The notes under the pieces are model-generated. The model made no database searches and had not been told where the DNA came from. It was given only the letters and a program-made list of their open reading frames with translations. DNA of 47,010 nucleotides from Chiloscyllium plagiosum (Eukaryota): the NCBI RefSeq assembly GCF_004010195.1, contig NC_057719.1:10796998-10844007 (forward strand). The letters run 5' to 3'. The translations under genes and the position numbers were made by a program. Shown here in pieces: positions 46,315 through 47,010 of this stretch (its first letter is position 1; each line of letters begins with the position of its first letter).

Positions 46315-47010
46315 ATGTACAAAGATAGTATTACAGCTGTGGAAAGGACGATGGATGAAGACTTGCCATCTGAGGTAGTTTGGGCTGAGGTTAGGAATAG
46401 GAAAGGTGAGCTCATCCTGTTAGGAGTTTTTTACAGGCCTCCTAATAGTCCTAGAAACGTAGAAGAAAGGATTGCGAGGATGATTCAAGAGAAGAGTGAA
46501 AGTAATAGGGTGGTTGTTATGGGGGACTTTAACTTTCCTGATATTGATTGGGAAAGCTATAACTCAAGTTCGTTAGATGGGTCAGTGTTTGTCCAATGTG
46601 TGCAGGAGGGTTTCCTGAAACAATATGTAGATAGGCCAACAAGAGGTGAGGCCATACTGGATTTGGTTCTGGGTAATGAACCAGACCAGGTGTTAGAATT
46701 AGAGGTAGGTGAGCACTTTGGGGACAGTGACCACAATTCAGTGACCTTTACTCTAGTGATGGAGAGGGATAAGTGTGCACTACAGGGCAAGAGTTATAGA
46801 TGGGGGCAGGGAAATTATGATGCTGGGAGGCATGACTGAGGATGTGTGGCCTGGAAAAGTAAGCTTCAAGGCAAGGATGTAATTGATATGTGGAGCTTGT
46901 TCAAGGAGCAACTATTGAGTGTCCTTGATAAGTATGTGCCCGTCAGGCAGGGAGCAAAGGGTCGTGTGAGGGAGCCTTGGTTTAATAAGGAATTAGAATC
47001 CCTTGTTAAA
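46315..47010 (+). mobile_element. Second CR1 element, 5'-truncated in the endonuclease, running off the window
   Basis: GVFYRPP, MGDFNFPDIDW, PTRGEAILDLVL, DSDHNSV. Confidence 0.92.

Overview
Eukaryotic, repeat-dense DNA from a cartilaginous fish. HE1-type SINEs, HER1/CR1 LINEs and Deu-domain SINEs indicate a shark (a bamboo/carpet shark is a guess). Most of the window is decayed retroelements: many CR1 fragments (one nearly full length, with an esterase ORF1), Rex1/Babar and L2 pieces, a truncated Gmr1-like Gypsy element with a matching solo LTR, two short solo LTRs, tRNA-derived remnants and three tandem arrays. Nearly all ORFs in the track are transposon debris or noise. Between the repeats are the probable 3' ends of two convergent spliced genes that I cannot name: a + strand gene (candidate exons 3602-3645, 9510-9600, 19750-19816) and a - strand terminal exon (39625-39454). 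The most striking pattern is a set of Penelope-like (PLE) terminal fragments from at least four sequence families, carrying minimal hammerhead-ribozyme cores. Several are inserted as short fold-back units (arm, inverted arm, unpaired tail) or as 87-bp single arms; those of the main family have 13-16 bp target-site duplications. Family names come from motif recognition by eye; no database search was run.
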